NCBI GenBank assembly: GCA_965261595.1
Contig: CBDHDG010000006.1
Location: 1,672,799 to 1,736,798, forward strand
Length of the DNA stretch: 64,000 bases
Direction: 5' to 3'
Origin: a bacterium
Lineage (GTDB): Bacteria > UBA8248 > JACPRG01 > G963555815
Below are positions 36,208 through 47,307 of the stretch, one piece after another; within the stretch, counting starts at the first letter, position 1, and every line of letters starts with the position of its first letter. Below the pieces are notes generated by a model. The model saw only the letters and a list, made by a program, of their open reading frames with translations, was not told the DNA's origin and did not search any database. Made by a program: the position numbers and the translations under genes.

Positions 36208-37743
36208 TCAGATCTGGTTGTAACGATGAAGCTTCGGGTCCGGCACATCGGTCTCCCGTTCCCAGACCTGGAAATACTTGTGGATGCCTTCGATGATCGG
36301 CTCGAAGAACGGCTTGTCTTTTTTGAGCCGCGCGTGCCGGTCCTCGAGCAGTCCGGCCAGCCTGCGGCCGATGTCCGCCTCGTCCACGAGGACGTTCTTC
36401 CCCTCCCGCCGGACGACCTCGCCCTTGGTCAGGACGGTGTGAACGTCCCTGTGCCCCTGGCACCGGTGGAGGAGGACCGCCCAGGGATCGAGGTCCGGAT
36501 AGGAAACCGGGTCGTCGAAAATACGCCGGCCGTCCAGGATGGTGATGTCCGCGGTCTTGCCTTCCTCCAGGCTGCCCAGGCCGTCGTGCATCGCGATCCG
36601 GTTGCCTTCCTGAATTCCGCGCGTGAACCATTCCTTGGCCGGGATCGGCTCCCAGTCGATCGAGGGCGGCCGCGCCAGGAACCAGCCGAGGCGCATTTCG
36701 GTCCAGATGTCGTTGTCGTCGTTGAAGCTCGAGCCGTCGGTGCCGAAGGCGAACCGGAGGCCCATCTCCCGCATTGTTGCGATCGGGCAGATCCCGCTGG
36801 CCAGCTTGACGTTCTGGGTGGGGTTGTGGGTGATGGCCGTTCCGGTGTCCACGAGAATTTGGATGTCCTCCCGGGTCGGCCAGATGGAGTGGGCGAAGCT
36901 GACCTCCGGGCCGAGGAAGCCGATGTCGTTCAGGTGGCCGATGGTGCTCGTTCCCAGCAGCTTGGGGCCGTACATCATCTGGTAGCGCGACTCGACGACG
37001 TGGATCTGAAGGCCCGTCCCCAGCTCATTCGCTTTCTTCTTGGCGCGCTTCAGCAGGTCGTCCGAGGTCCACTGGACGCCCAGGGGCGTGACGAAGACCC
37101 GGACGGTGTCGTTCTTGCCGTTGAACTCGGCGTGCACGTCATCCACGACCCGAAAGTATTCGTCCAGGTCGGGCGCGCCCATGAAACCTTCCGCCCACTC
37201 CCGCTGGGCCTGGGGCAGCCCGTTGAGGAACTCCGTGTGATCGCCGTATACGAAGGGATTCTGGTCCCGCGTCGATACGCCGAACGAGACCCGGATCCCC
37301 GCGTCGAGGTATGCCTGGATGCAGGGCGGGAACCCCCACCGGGGGAGGTTCATCGAGGGCGCGTGGAAATCCACCACCGTGGTGACGCCGCACCGCTGAA
37401 GCTCCAGAGCGGACCAGAGGCTGCGCAGGTAGGTCTCCTCCTCGGTCATCCCGACGCGATAGCTTCCGAAGATGAGCGGAACCCACATCTCCAAGGGGAC
37501 GTCCGACAGCCCGTCGCGGACGTTGTTTCCCGCGTGATGGTGGGCGCTGACCATTCCGGGAATGACGACGTCGTGGTCGAGGGAGCCCAGCTCTTCGTCG
37601 AAGGGGCCGCGGGAGGACAGGTCGTCGTGGGCGCCGACCGCTTCGATCGCGCCGTCGGCCACGATCACCGCGCCCTTGCGAATGAGATCATCGCCGTCCT
37701 GAAGTGTCAGGACGCGGTCGCCTCGGATGAGGATTCGGCTCAT
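36208..37743 (-). CDS. amidohydrolase family protein (metal-dependent deaminase/chlorohydrolase-like)
   Basis: 511 aa intact. PGMVSAHHHAGN metal-binding motif. About 85% aa identical to the frameshifted upstream paralog. Confidence 0.8.
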   Translation of the reverse strand: MSRILIRGDRVLTLQDGDDLIRKGAVIVADGAIEAVGAHDDLSSRGPFDEELGSLDHDVVIPGMVSAHHHAGNNVRDGLSDVPLEMWVPLIFGSYRVGMTEEETYLRSLWSALELQRCGVTTVVDFHAPSMNLPRWGFPPCIQAYLDAGIRVSFGVSTRDQNPFVYGDHTEFLNGLPQAQREWAEGFMGAPDLDEYFRVVDDVHAEFNGKNDTVRVFVTPLGVQWTSDDLLKRAKKKANELGTGLQIHVVESRYQMMYGPKLLGTSTIGHLNDIGFLGPEVSFAHSIWPTREDIQILVDTGTAITHNPTQNVKLASGICPIATMREMGLRFAFGTDGSSFNDDNDIWTEMRLGWFLARPPSIDWEPIPAKEWFTRGIQEGNRIAMHDGLGSLEEGKTADITILDGRRIFDDPVSYPDLDPWAVLLHRCQGHRDVHTVLTKGEVVRREGKNVLVDEADIGRRLAGLLEDRHARLKKDKPFFEPIIEGIHKYFQVWERETDVPDPKLHRYNQI

Positions 37744-38009
37744 TGGAATCTCCAGTCAGGGAAGGTCGAACGGGATTCGGATCGCATAATTTGACTCATG
37801 AATTCTCCACCATGCCGTTGAAGGGTGTCAAATGGAAGGGGCCGGAGCCTTGGGGTGAGGGGTTGACCCCCTTCTCCCCGATTCACCGGGCCTCGACATC
37901 GCTCTTCCTCCAGGGATACATTCATCCCCCCACTCCCCCCTTGGCCGGGAAGGCTCGGTTGAAAGGGGGCGAGTGAATTTTCCTGACCATGCGAGAGAGG
38001 AGGTCGGAA

Positions 38010-38405
38010 ATGCCGAAGGAGGTGCTTTGTCCGAGAAACCTGAGCTTTCTTCCCAAGCCCGAGTACCCGTATTCTCCCGGAACCCGGGGCGGGCGACTCG
38101 TTTACACTTCGGGGCAGGTGGCTTGGGATGAAGGCGGCGCCCTGGTGGGCGTGGGCGATGTGCGCGCCCAGACGGCCCAAGTTCTCAGAAACGTCGAATC
38201 CGTCCTGGCCGAGGGCGGCGCCGCGATGACGGACGTCCTCAAGTGCAACGTCTTCCTGCCGGACATCCGACATTTCCAGGCGATGAACGAGGAGTTCGCC
38301 CGGGCCTTCCCCAAGGATCCGCCAGCCCGCACAACCGTCCAGGCCGTCCTGGCGGAGCCGGAGATGCTCGTCGAGATCGAGGCGATCGCGTATCTGGAGG
38401 AATAA
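38010..38405 (+). CDS. ridA: RidA family protein (reactive enamine/imine deaminase, YjgF-like)
   Basis: About 130 aa with YjgF/chorismate-mutase-like family motifs (VLKCNVFLPDIRHF...RTTVQAV.LAEPEMLVEIEAIA). Confidence 0.8.
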   Translation: MPKEVLCPRNLSFLPKPEYPYSPGTRGGRLVYTSGQVAWDEGGALVGVGDVRAQTAQVLRNVESVLAEGGAAMTDVLKCNVFLPDIRHFQAMNEEFARAFPKDPPARTTVQAVLAEPEMLVEIEAIAYLEE

Positions 38406-38551
38406 GCGGATCCCCCGCCTTCCCCGGTCCCGGTCTCGCGGGGAATGGCTGAGGGCGGCCGCGAACCGGACCGAAAGCGCCGCGGCCCCCCTCCCCTCGG
38501 GACTGGAAGGGGAGGAGGGGGGCGCGGGAAGTCGCTCTGTCACGCCTTACG

Positions 38552-39346
38552 CTAAAACGCCAAGTCGTTCATCCAGGGCGCATTGTACTTCTTCGCCAGC
38601 TCCAAAAGCTTGCCGTTGGCGATGAGCTGGTTGAGGGCGGTGTTGACGAAGTTCAGGATGTCCTGGTCGGCCTTGTTCATCGCCCAGGCAACCATGTTCT
38701 TGCTGTAAATCGTGCCGCCCATCGCCGGTTGGATGCCCGACTGGGCCGCCAGCGCGTGGTTGGCCGCGATGGAGTCGCCGATGGAGATGTCGACTTTTCC
38801 CGTCACGATCTGAAGCATCGTCATTTCTTCCGTCTTGACGACCCGCAGCTTGGCCTTGGGGGCGACCTTTTTGACCCACCCCATCTCGCCGGTTCCCTGG
38901 GTGACGCCGATGGTGATATTCGAGTTGTTCAGGTCCTCGGGCGTCTTGAACCGGTTGTCCCCTTTCTTCACCACGGCCTTGTATCCGAGGAGGTAAATCG
39001 GGCGGCTGAAGTTCACGACCACGGCCCGCGTCATTTTCGAATAGGTCGAGGCGATCGAGAGGTCAATCTGCCGGGACTGGATCCCCGCGATGAACGTGGC
39101 CCAGGCGAACTCCTTGAACACGCACTTGACCTTGATCGTCTTGCAGATGAACCGGGCGGCATCCACCATGACCCCTTTGTACTTGCCGGTCTTGGGGTCC
39201 TTGATGACATCGATGCTGAAGGGCACGACGCCGATGTTGAACACCTTCGACTTGACAATCTCCTGCATGCTTCTCGCGGCGGCGGGCGCAGCCGTCGAGA
39301 CCGCCAATCCCAATGCCACGAACAGAACCGTCAGAGCACGAAACAT
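38552..39346 (-). CDS. polar amino-acid ABC transporter substrate-binding protein (SBP family 3)
   Basis: Signal peptide plus SBP_bac_3-like body. Adjacent to cognate ATPase and permease. Confidence 0.8.
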   Translation of the reverse strand: MFRALTVLFVALGLAVSTAAPAAARSMQEIVKSKVFNIGVVPFSIDVIKDPKTGKYKGVMVDAARFICKTIKVKCVFKEFAWATFIAGIQSRQIDLSIASTYSKMTRAVVVNFSRPIYLLGYKAVVKKGDNRFKTPEDLNNSNITIGVTQGTGEMGWVKKVAPKAKLRVVKTEEMTMLQIVTGKVDISIGDSIAANHALAAQSGIQPAMGGTIYSKNMVAWAMNKADQDILNFVNTALNQLIANGKLLELAKKYNAPWMNDLAF

Positions 39347-39452
39347 TCTTCCCTCCTTGCTTTCTTGTTGGACTTGCGTCCGTTGCCCCCATGGGGCGTT
39401 GAAAAGAACCGCCTGTCCTACGGTTGAAGCCCGCGTCCGAACGCGGGCCCCG

Positions 39453-40235
39453 TCAGAACTCCGCGTGCGCGATCAGCGAAAGGAACTCGCGAGTCCGCTG
39501 ATGGCTGGGGGTTTTCAGGACCTTCTCGGGCGGCCCCTCCTCCACGATCACCCCCTCGTCCATGAACACGACCCGGTCCGCCACCTTGGCGGCGAACCCC
39601 ATTTCATGGGTCACGACCAGCATCGTCATCCCCTCTTCGGCGAGCTGTTTCATCACGCTCAGGACCTCGTTCACCAGCTCGGGATCCAGGGCCGAGGTGA
39701 CCTCGTCGAAGAGCATGATCCGGGGCTTCATGGCCAGCGCCCGGGCGATGGCCACGCGTTGCTGCTGTCCGCCCGACAAGCGCGAGGGGTATTCCTCGCG
39801 CTTGTCGGTCAACCCCACCTTGACGAGCAGCTCATCGGCTATCGTCTCGGCCTCGGCCCGCGAGAGCTTCTTCACCAGCCGGAGGGCCTCGATAATGTTG
39901 CCCAGGACGGAGCGGTGGGGCCAGAGGTTGAACTGCTGGAAAACCATCCCCACCTTCGTCTGCACCCTGCGCAGGGCGGCACCCTTCACCCGGCCCAGGC
40001 GGCCGTTTTGCTCCACCCGGCCCAGGAGATCGCCCTCCAGGTAGATCCGGCCTTCGAAGTCGTCCTCCAGGTAGGCGACGCACCGCAACAAGGTGCTCTT
40101 CCCGGAGCCGGAAGGCCCGATGATGCAGAGCACCTCCCCCCGGCCCACTTCCAGGCTCACCCCCCGCAGGACCTCCAGCGACCCGAAGCGCTTGTGCAGG
40201 TTCAGCAGCCGGACGACGGAGTCTCCCGCGGTCAT
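39453..40235 (-). CDS. amino-acid ABC transporter ATP-binding protein
   Basis: Walker [10 protein letters not shown], signature [15 protein letters not shown], Walker B MLFDE. Confidence 0.9.
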   Translation of the reverse strand: MTAGDSVVRLLNLHKRFGSLEVLRGVSLEVGRGEVLCIIGPSGSGKSTLLRCVAYLEDDFEGRIYLEGDLLGRVEQNGRLGRVKGAALRRVQTKVGMVFQQFNLWPHRSVLGNIIEALRLVKKLSRAEAETIADELLVKVGLTDKREEYPSRLSGGQQQRVAIARALAMKPRIMLFDEVTSALDPELVNEVLSVMKQLAEEGMTMLVVTHEMGFAAKVADRVVFMDEGVIVEEGPPEKVLKTPSHQRTREFLSLIAHAEF

Positions 40236-40238
40236 CGT

Positions 40239-40901
40239 TTACACCCTTCGCGCAAAGTAGATTTCCGCCCGCCGGGCGCAGAAGGCCACCGGGAAAATCA
40301 GCACAAAGTAGACGATTCCCAGGACGGTGTACATCTCAAGCGGCCGGAAGTTGTTCATGATGACGTTGTCGACCGAGTGGAGCAGCTCGTAGACGCCGAT
40401 CACCGACGCCAGGGAGGTGAGTTTCAGGATGTCGGCGAAGTTGTTGACCAGGGGCGGGAGCATTCGGCGGAAGGCCTGGGGGAGGACAATCCGTCGCATG
40501 ATCTGAGCGTAGGTCATCCCCACGACCTTGGCCGCGTCCACCTGCCCTTTATCGACGGACGCGATTCCCGCCCGGACGATCTCGGCCACATAGGCGGACA
40601 TGTGGATGGATAACGCCACGACGCAGGACCAGAAGGCCGTCAGCTTAATGCCAAATAGGATCGGGAAGCAATAAAAGATCCACACGATCTGCACCAGCAG
40701 GGGGGTGTCCCGAAGGATCTCCACATACCAGGAGGCGGGAAAGGCGATCCACCGGTTTTTGGTCTGTCGCGCAATCCCCACCATCAGCCCCAACGCCATG
40801 GAGAAGACCACTGCGTACAGGCTGAGGCCCACTGTGATGAGCGCTCCCCTCATGTACACCATCCGGAATTCCCAGACGGTATCGAAGTTCCAGTCGTACA
40901 T
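40239..40901 (-). CDS. amino-acid ABC transporter permease (His/Glu/Gln/Arg/opine family)
   Basis: EAA-like motif region (ASVDKGQVDAAKVVGMTYAQIMRRIVLPQA), about 5 TM, 220 aa. Confidence 0.85.
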   Translation of the reverse strand: MYDWNFDTVWEFRMVYMRGALITVGLSLYAVVFSMALGLMVGIARQTKNRWIAFPASWYVEILRDTPLLVQIVWIFYCFPILFGIKLTAFWSCVVALSIHMSAYVAEIVRAGIASVDKGQVDAAKVVGMTYAQIMRRIVLPQAFRRMLPPLVNNFADILKLTSLASVIGVYELLHSVDNVIMNNFRPLEMYTVLGIVYFVLIFPVAFCARRAEIYFARRV

Positions 40902-41030
40902 GACAGCCTCCCCGTTGCGGACCGCATTTCGCGCCGTTCAACGGTTTCGTCCGGCCGGGTTCACGCGGGGCCGACAGAACCATTGTCTTAAGCGCCCCGC
41001 TCTTTTCCTCGTCCGGCCCAAGGCCGGGGG

Positions 41031-42122
41031 TCAGTCTTCCAGGCCCGGGCCGGGGTCGCGGAGAAGCTGGCCGGTGATGCAACTGATGCCGTTCACGCCG
41101 CCGAGCTGGATCCCATCGGTGTCGATGGCAATGACCTCCACCCTCGCCCGCTCGACGCGCCGGATGGTCTCGACCGCTCCCTTGGCCATGATGACCTTGC
41201 CGGGCTCGAGGAGCACCAGGTTGGACGGGGCGAACTTCTGCTGCTCGTCCGCCGGAATCTCGATGAGCTCGAACCCTTTTGAGCGAAGCCACTTGTACGT
41301 CTCGTAGTCGAGTTGGTTCGGAAAGATGATGGCCTTGCGCAGGTCGATGACCCCGAAGAACATGTCGATGTGGAACTCGCCCCCCGACTCGAAGGAATCC
41401 ATGATGGTCGTGGCCCGGGCGGCGTGCAGCTCTTTGACGCCGCACCGCTCCAGGACGAATCGCACCTGATCGAGACCCTCCCGGTTCACCGAGTTGGAGA
41501 GCATGGTGAGCATCACGTCCTCGGCCACGTTGTAGAGCTCTCCGGTCTCGAAGATCCCGTTGCCGCAGACGGTGTAGATGATCGGGCAGCCGATCCGGGC
41601 CAGGAACCGCTGCAGCTCCCGCTCGACCCCGCGCTTGTAAGAGCCGTGGCCGAACCTGGACTGGATGGCCCCGCCCCGGACGACGCGGATGTCGCCCGCG
41701 ATGAACAGCTTGCGCATGGGGCCGTAGGCCCCCATCACGTCCTCGAACTCGAACAGGTTCACCTCGACCCCGCAATCCCGCAGGGTTTGGGCATAGGCCT
41801 CGTGGTGCCTGCACAGAAGGTCCAGGTCGATCTTCGCCGAGTGGCGTAGGAGGAAGAAGGTCGGGTCTTTCGCCCAGAGGGGATCCGTCTCGTGCGCGGT
41901 GGGCGCGACCAGGGCGACCTCGCGGAGCCGGCCGATGCCCTGGCTCCCCCAACGCTTCCCCCAGATGCGGGGAAGCTCATCCAGGTAGCTGAACTGTTCC
42001 AGGACTTCCGTTCGGGGAGGCTTGCCAGGCTCGTAATCCGGGTAGTTCTCCAGGGGGTAGTCTTCAAGACGGCCCTCCCAGGTGGTTTTCTCCCCTTCAG
42101 TGGTGAGTCCTGAAATTTCCAT
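41031..42122 (-). CDS. amidinotransferase / pentein-fold enzyme (arginine deiminase / dimethylarginine dimethylaminohydrolase-like)
   Basis: About 360 aa with pentein-superfamily features and a C-terminal Cys nucleophile region (GGVNGISCITGQL). Start at MEISGLT (42122). Confidence 0.55.
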   Translation of the reverse strand: MEISGLTTEGEKTTWEGRLEDYPLENYPDYEPGKPPRTEVLEQFSYLDELPRIWGKRWGSQGIGRLREVALVAPTAHETDPLWAKDPTFFLLRHSAKIDLDLLCRHHEAYAQTLRDCGVEVNLFEFEDVMGAYGPMRKLFIAGDIRVVRGGAIQSRFGHGSYKRGVERELQRFLARIGCPIIYTVCGNGIFETGELYNVAEDVMLTMLSNSVNREGLDQVRFVLERCGVKELHAARATTIMDSFESGGEFHIDMFFGVIDLRKAIIFPNQLDYETYKWLRSKGFELIEIPADEQQKFAPSNLVLLEPGKVIMAKGAVETIRRVERARVEVIAIDTDGIQLGGVNGISCITGQLLRDPGPGLED

Positions 42123-42343
42123 CGGTTCGCTACTCCTTGCTTGGGATGGTCGAGGATGGGGCGCCCGGCCCGCATCCCCGTGGCGACTTCCCGAGACCCT
42201 GACGTTCGCGGTCCGGCCGAGAAGCCCGCCACAGGCTGTCATGCGCTTTCATGTGATTGTCAGGCTAGCAAAGAACTTGAACGCATTCAACCGGCCCGCG
42301 CCCCCCCGGTACACCGCTTAAGCGGAAAGGGAGAATGGCGGGT

Positions 42344-45211
42344 TCAGGCGCCCCGCTTTTCAGTCAAGTCCCCGGGTGCGGCGAGGAGCCTTCTCAGGAA
42401 CCTGCCGGTCTCGGACCCGGAGACCTCGGCGACCTCCTCGGGCGCGCCCACGGCGATGACCTCCCCCCCCTCGTCGCCCCCTTCGGGCCCCAGGTCGATG
42501 ATGTGATCGGCCGTCTTGATCACCTCCAGGTTGTGCTCGATGACGATGACCGTGTTCCCGGCGTCGGTCAGCCGGTGGAGGACGTCGAGAAGCTTCTTCA
42601 CATCGGCGAAGTGGAGCCCCGTCGTGGGCTCGTCCAGGATGTAGAGCGTCCGGCCTGTGGCCCGCTTGCCGAGCTCGCGGGAGAGCTTCACGCGCTGGGC
42701 CTCGCCTCCCGAGAGCGTCGTGGCCGACTGCCCCAGCCGGACGTACCCCAGCCCCACGTCGGCCAGGGTTTGAAGCTTGTTGCGCACGGAGGGGACGTTC
42801 TCGAAGAATTCGAGCCCCTGGTCCAGCGTCATGTCCAGAACGTCGGCGATGGACTGCCCCTTGTAGCGGACTTCGAGGGTCTCGCGGTTGAAGCGCCTGC
42901 TCTTGCACACCTGACAGGAAACGTACAGGCCCGGCAGGAAATGCATCTCCACCTTGATCAGGCCGTCCCCCTGGCACGCCTCGCACCGCCCGCCCTTGAT
43001 GTTGAAGCTGAACCGGCCGGGCTTGTATCCCCGTTTGCGGGCCTCGGGGACCCGGGCGAACAGGTCGCGGATGAAGGTGAACACCCCTGTGTAGGTGGCC
43101 GGGTTGCTCCGGGGGGTCCGGCCGATGGGGGACTGATCGATCTCGATCACCTTGTCGATGTGCTCGAGGCCCTCGATGCCCCGGTGCCGGCCGGGCCGGG
43201 CCGTGCTCCGGTAGAGCTTCTGGGCCAGGGCCTTGTAGAGGATCTCCGTGACGAGCGTGCTCTTTCCCGAACCCGAGACCCCCGTGACGCACGTGAACAC
43301 TCCCAGGGGGAAATGAACGTCCAGGGACTTCAGGTTGTTCTCGGCGGCGCCGAGGACGGAGAAGGTCCGGCCGTCCTGAATCCTCCGGAACCCCGGAACG
43401 GGGATGCGCTGCGCGCCGGAGAGGTACTGGCCGGTCAGGGAATGGGGGTTGGCCTTGACCTCCGCGGGCGTTCCCCGGGCCACCACGTGGCCGCCGTTCA
43501 CCCCCGCCGCCGGGCCCAGGTCCAGGACGAAGTCGGCGGAGAGAATCGTCTCCTCGTCATGCTCGACGACGATGACCGTGTTTCCGAGATCGCGCAGCCG
43601 GAAGAGGATGTCGAGGAGCCTGCGGTTGTCCCGCTGGTGAAGGCCGATGCTGGGCTCGTCCAGGATGTAGAGCACGCCGACTAGGCTGGCCCCCACCTGC
43701 GTGGCCAGGCGGATGCGCTGCGCCTCGCCCCCGGCCAGGGTGGCCGCCCGGCGGTTCAGCGTCAAATAGTCCAGCCCGACCCGGGAGAGGAACTCCAGCC
43801 GGTCGGTGATCTCCCGGAGGATGCGCTCGGCGATCTTCATCTCGTAGGGGGACCACTTCAGGTTTTCGAAAAAGCCCTTCGCTTCCTTGATGGAAAGGGC
43901 CGCCACCGCCCCGATGCCCCGGCCCCCGACGAGGACGGCGCGGCTCTCCGGCTTCAGGCGATGCCCGTCGCAGGCGGCGCAGGGCTGGAGTGTCATGTAG
44001 GACTCGATCTCCCGCTGAACTTCCGGCGAGCCGGTCTCGTGATAACGGTGCTCCAGCATGGCGACGACGCCGTCGAAAGGCCTGCGGAACCGGCGCCGTC
44101 TCCGGTCGAACTCGTTGCGGAACTCGATGGCCTCCTCTCCGGTCCCTTCGAGGAGGGCCCGCCGGAACCGGGCGGGCAACTTGCCGAACGGGGTGTCCAG
44201 CTCAGCGCCGTAATGTTTCGCCAACGCCTCCAGCACCTGGACGTAGGAGGCCGACGTTTTCTCGGCCCAGGGCCGGATGGCCCCCTGCCGGAGGGAGAGC
44301 GACTTGTCGGGGACGATGAGGTCCGGGTCCACATGGGGCAGGAACCCCAGGCCCCCGCACGCCTCGCACGCCCCGTAGGGGCTGTTGAAGGAGAACATCC
44401 GCGGCGCGAGCTCCGGAAAGCCGATGCCGCAGTCGGGGCAGGCGAACTTTTCGCTGAAGAGGATCTCCTCGTCCGCCGGCCCGTCCGTCTCTTTCCCCGT
44501 GGACAGGATGGCCAGGCCGTCGGTCAGCCGCAGGGCGGTTTCGAGCGAATCCGCCAGACGGCTTTCCACCCCTTTGCGCAGGAGAAGGCGGTCGACCACG
44601 ATGTCGATGTCGTGCTTGAAGCTCTTTTTGAGCCGGACGGGCTCGGCGAGGTCCACCATCCGGCCGTCCACGCGCGCGCGCACGAAGCCCCGGCGGGCGA
44701 TGTCGGCCAGCTCCTTGCGGTACTCCCCCTTCCGCCCCCGGACGATGGGCGCCAGGATCCGCACCCGGGTTTCGGGCGGCAGGGCGAGGGTTTGGTCCAC
44801 CATCTGCTGGATGGTCTGGGAGGCGATGGGGCGGCCGCATTGGTGACAGTGCGGCCGGCCGACGCGGGCGTACAGGAGCCGGAGGTGGTCGTAGATCTCG
44901 GTGACCGTCCCGACGGTGGATCGCGGGTTCTTGCTTGTCGTCTTTTGCTCGATGGAGATGGCCGGCGAGAGACCCTCGATGGAGTCCACGTCCGGTTTGT
45001 CCATCTGTTCCAGGAACTGCCGGGCGTAGGCGGAGAGGGATTCGACGTAGCGCCGCTGGCCCTCGGCATAGAGGGTGTCGAAGGCGAGAGAGGACTTTCC
45101 CGAGCCGCTGATCCCCGTGATGACGATGAGCCGGTTCCTGGGGATCTCGACGGTGACGTTCTTGAGGTTGTGCTCGCGGGCGCCCTTGATGACGATGTTG
45201 CGATGGGCCAT
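42344..45211 (-). CDS. uvrA: excinuclease ABC subunit A
   Basis: Two ABC ATPase modules ([19 protein letters not shown]; [11 protein letters not shown]), zinc fingers, 955 aa. Start at [18 protein letters not shown]. Confidence 0.95.
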   Translation of the reverse strand: MAHRNIVIKGAREHNLKNVTVEIPRNRLIVITGISGSGKSSLAFDTLYAEGQRRYVESLSAYARQFLEQMDKPDVDSIEGLSPAISIEQKTTSKNPRSTVGTVTEIYDHLRLLYARVGRPHCHQCGRPIASQTIQQMVDQTLALPPETRVRILAPIVRGRKGEYRKELADIARRGFVRARVDGRMVDLAEPVRLKKSFKHDIDIVVDRLLLRKGVESRLADSLETALRLTDGLAILSTGKETDGPADEEILFSEKFACPDCGIGFPELAPRMFSFNSPYGACEACGGLGFLPHVDPDLIVPDKSLSLRQGAIRPWAEKTSASYVQVLEALAKHYGAELDTPFGKLPARFRRALLEGTGEEAIEFRNEFDRRRRRFRRPFDGVVAMLEHRYHETGSPEVQREIESYMTLQPCAACDGHRLKPESRAVLVGGRGIGAVAALSIKEAKGFFENLKWSPYEMKIAERILREITDRLEFLSRVGLDYLTLNRRAATLAGGEAQRIRLATQVGASLVGVLYILDEPSIGLHQRDNRRLLDILFRLRDLGNTVIVVEHDEETILSADFVLDLGPAAGVNGGHVVARGTPAEVKANPHSLTGQYLSGAQRIPVPGFRRIQDGRTFSVLGAAENNLKSLDVHFPLGVFTCVTGVSGSGKSTLVTEILYKALAQKLYRSTARPGRHRGIEGLEHIDKVIEIDQSPIGRTPRSNPATYTGVFTFIRDLFARVPEARKRGYKPGRFSFNIKGGRCEACQGDGLIKVEMHFLPGLYVSCQVCKSRRFNRETLEVRYKGQSIADVLDMTLDQGLEFFENVPSVRNKLQTLADVGLGYVRLGQSATTLSGGEAQRVKLSRELGKRATGRTLYILDEPTTGLHFADVKKLLDVLHRLTDAGNTVIVIEHNLEVIKTADHIIDLGPEGGDEGGEVIAVGAPEEVAEVSGSETGRFLRRLLAAPGDLTEKRGA

Positions 45212-45315
45212 GGGGTGGAAGGTCCTCGGGTGCTCGCGTGAGGGTGGCCGGGCGTTCCTGTCACATCTCAATATAAACGGCGCCGGCGTGGAGAGAAAGT
45301 GAGACGGCCCGAATT

Positions 45316-45342
45316 AAAAAGCGGGGTTCCGAAGAACCCCGC
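45316..45342 (-). terminator. intrinsic terminator downstream of aqpZ
   Basis: GCGGGGTTC-cgaa-GAACCCCGC stem-loop followed on the minus strand by a T5 run, immediately after the aqpZ stop. Confidence 0.55.
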
Positions 45343-45366
45343 CGTGGGTTGTGGAGGGAGGGATTC

Positions 45367-46062
45367 TTATCCGGCCGACTCGGACGAATCCCCGCCGGTG
45401 CAGAGCTTGTACAGGACCGCGGCCAGGATCGCGCCCAGAATCGGCCCCACCCAGTAGACCCAGTGCGCGTCCCAAAATCCGGAGACCACGGCCGGCCCGA
45501 ACGTCCGGGCGGGATTCATCGACGCCCCGGTCAGGGGTCCGCCCATCAAAATATCGAAGACCAGCACCAGGCCGATGCCGAAGCCCCCGATCTTCGGGGC
45601 CTTCTCGTCCACGGCGGTCCCGTAGACCGCCAGCACCAGGAAGAACGTCAGGATGATCTCGACGAGGACGCCCGTCCCCGCCCCGATGCCGGGTCCGAGG
45701 CCCGGTGTTCCCAGGTTGACCTTGGTCCAGACCTCCGTCGAGTAGATGGTCCGGAGCAGAAGTCCGGCGATGACCCCCCCGGTGAGCTGGGAAATGATGT
45801 ACCCCACGGCGCGGCCGCCTTTGATCTTTCCCCCGACCAGGAGGCCGATGGTGACAGCCGGATTCACGTGCGCGCCCGAGATGTGGCCTAGGGCCGACAC
45901 CATAACCGCCAATACGATGCCGTGGGCCAAGGCGATTCCGAGAAGCCCGACGGCGCCGTTGGTCAGGGCGTTGGTGATGATGGCCCCGGCGCCGATGAAG
46001 CACAGGCCGAACGTCCCGATGCACTCCGCCAGATAGGCTTTGGCGTTTTCTCCCATATTCAT
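45367..46062 (-). CDS. aqpZ: aquaporin Z / MIP family channel
   Basis: Two NPA boxes (HVNPAVT, SMNPART), 6-TM layout, 231 aa. Confidence 0.85.
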   Translation of the reverse strand: MNMGENAKAYLAECIGTFGLCFIGAGAIITNALTNGAVGLLGIALAHGIVLAVMVSALGHISGAHVNPAVTIGLLVGGKIKGGRAVGYIISQLTGGVIAGLLLRTIYSTEVWTKVNLGTPGLGPGIGAGTGVLVEIILTFFLVLAVYGTAVDEKAPKIGGFGIGLVLVFDILMGGPLTGASMNPARTFGPAVVSGFWDAHWVYWVGPILGAILAAVLYKLCTGGDSSESAG

Positions 46063-46311
46063 TTCTCCTCAGCGATAGAGAGCCCCCGCAGGCCGAACAC
46101 ACCAAACCCGCGCCATGATTGGCTCGGGCGCCATCCGGCCGGGGCGGCGAATCAAGATCCGGTATTGTCGGAGTGATCCGGGCAGGGGGGGGGGCGGTCG
46201 GTTACCCGCCTATTAAAGGTGGGCTGAGGAATTATAGCACGAGCCAGGGGGTTTCAACGCGGCGGTTTCGACCCGAATTCAGAGCGGCGTCCCGCCTGTT
46301 GCGGGCGGGCG

Positions 46312-47307
46312 TTAATCACCCATCATCCGGACGAACGCCTCAAAGAAGTGGTGAGCGAAATGATCGCCATACCGATTTTGGTCACCCATCTCTTTCAGGG
46401 CCTCGAAGCGGGTGAGACGCTTTTTATAAGGGCGGTTCGTCGTCATGGCGTCGAAGACGTCCGCGATGGCCGCGATCTTGGCCGCGTCCGTCAGCTCGTC
46501 GCCCTTTAACCCATTCGGATAGCCCCGACCGTCCATCCTTTCGTGGTGCGCGAGGACGATGTCCAGGATGGTGGGATCCTGATTGCCGTTTTCGACGAGG
46601 ATATCGCGCCCCCAGGCGGGATGCCGCTTGATGGTCTCCCACTCGGACGGATTCAGGGGCCCATCCTTTTTGAGGATCGCGCCGTCCACCCGGGACTTTC
46701 CGATGTCGTGAAACAGCAGTCCGACGGAAACCAGATCCATCGAGGCCGCGCTTTTCCGCGGAAAGACCTGCTGATACAGTCCCAGGCCGTAGATGCAGAC
46801 GTGGAGGGAATGGGTGAAGGTGTAGTAGTCGTTGCTTGTCAGGCTCATCATGGAGCGCAGGGCTTTGGGGTGCAAGCTCAGATACATGGAGAGTTGACTC
46901 GCCTCATTCGCGGCCTTCTCCAGTGATTTGGGACTGATGTCGCCGGTGAACAGACCTTCCACCACCTTGGAGGCCTGGCCGTACAGGACCCCGGACCGGG
47001 TTTCCAAGGGAACCGATTCGTCGGAGAGGAAATTCCCCATTCGCGATTCAAGATAATCTTCGTAATCGGACAGGAAGCGGCGCTCGGTATAAACCTGCAG
47101 GCCTTCAGAGGTATGGAAGGCGGCCCTGAGCCTTTCCGTAAAACGCTGCCGCCGATTCATAACCAGAGAGAAGGAGCGGGACCCGTTCAACCGCTGATAA
47201 ATGGGAAATTCAAGCGGTTCGCCCCCTTGAAGGATCTCCAAGTCGATGGGCACGAGCCCCTCGAGACCGGGGCTGGTTTGGGGATCAACCTTCACCGCTT
47301 CGCTCAT
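46312..47307 (-). CDS. HD-GYP domain c-di-GMP phosphodiesterase
   Basis: HDIGK and HHERMDGRGYP motifs. N-terminal regulatory region. Alternative start at 47337. Confidence 0.8.
   Translation of the reverse strand: MSEAVKVDPQTSPGLEGLVPIDLEILQGGEPLEFPIYQRLNGSRSFSLVMNRRQRFTERLRAAFHTSEGLQVYTERRFLSDYEDYLESRMGNFLSDESVPLETRSGVLYGQASKVVEGLFTGDISPKSLEKAANEASQLSMYLSLHPKALRSMMSLTSNDYYTFTHSLHVCIYGLGLYQQVFPRKSAASMDLVSVGLLFHDIGKSRVDGAILKKDGPLNPSEWETIKRHPAWGRDILVENGNQDPTILDIVLAHHERMDGRGYPNGLKGDELTDAAKIAAIADVFDAMTTNRPYKKRLTRFEALKEMGDQNRYGDHFAHHFFEAFVRMMGD

Noticed and set aside
46285-46306. CCCGC-ctgtt-GCGGG hairpin after the HD-GYP gene as a terminator
   Set aside because: No U-run follows on the minus strand. 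The evidence is too weak to call.
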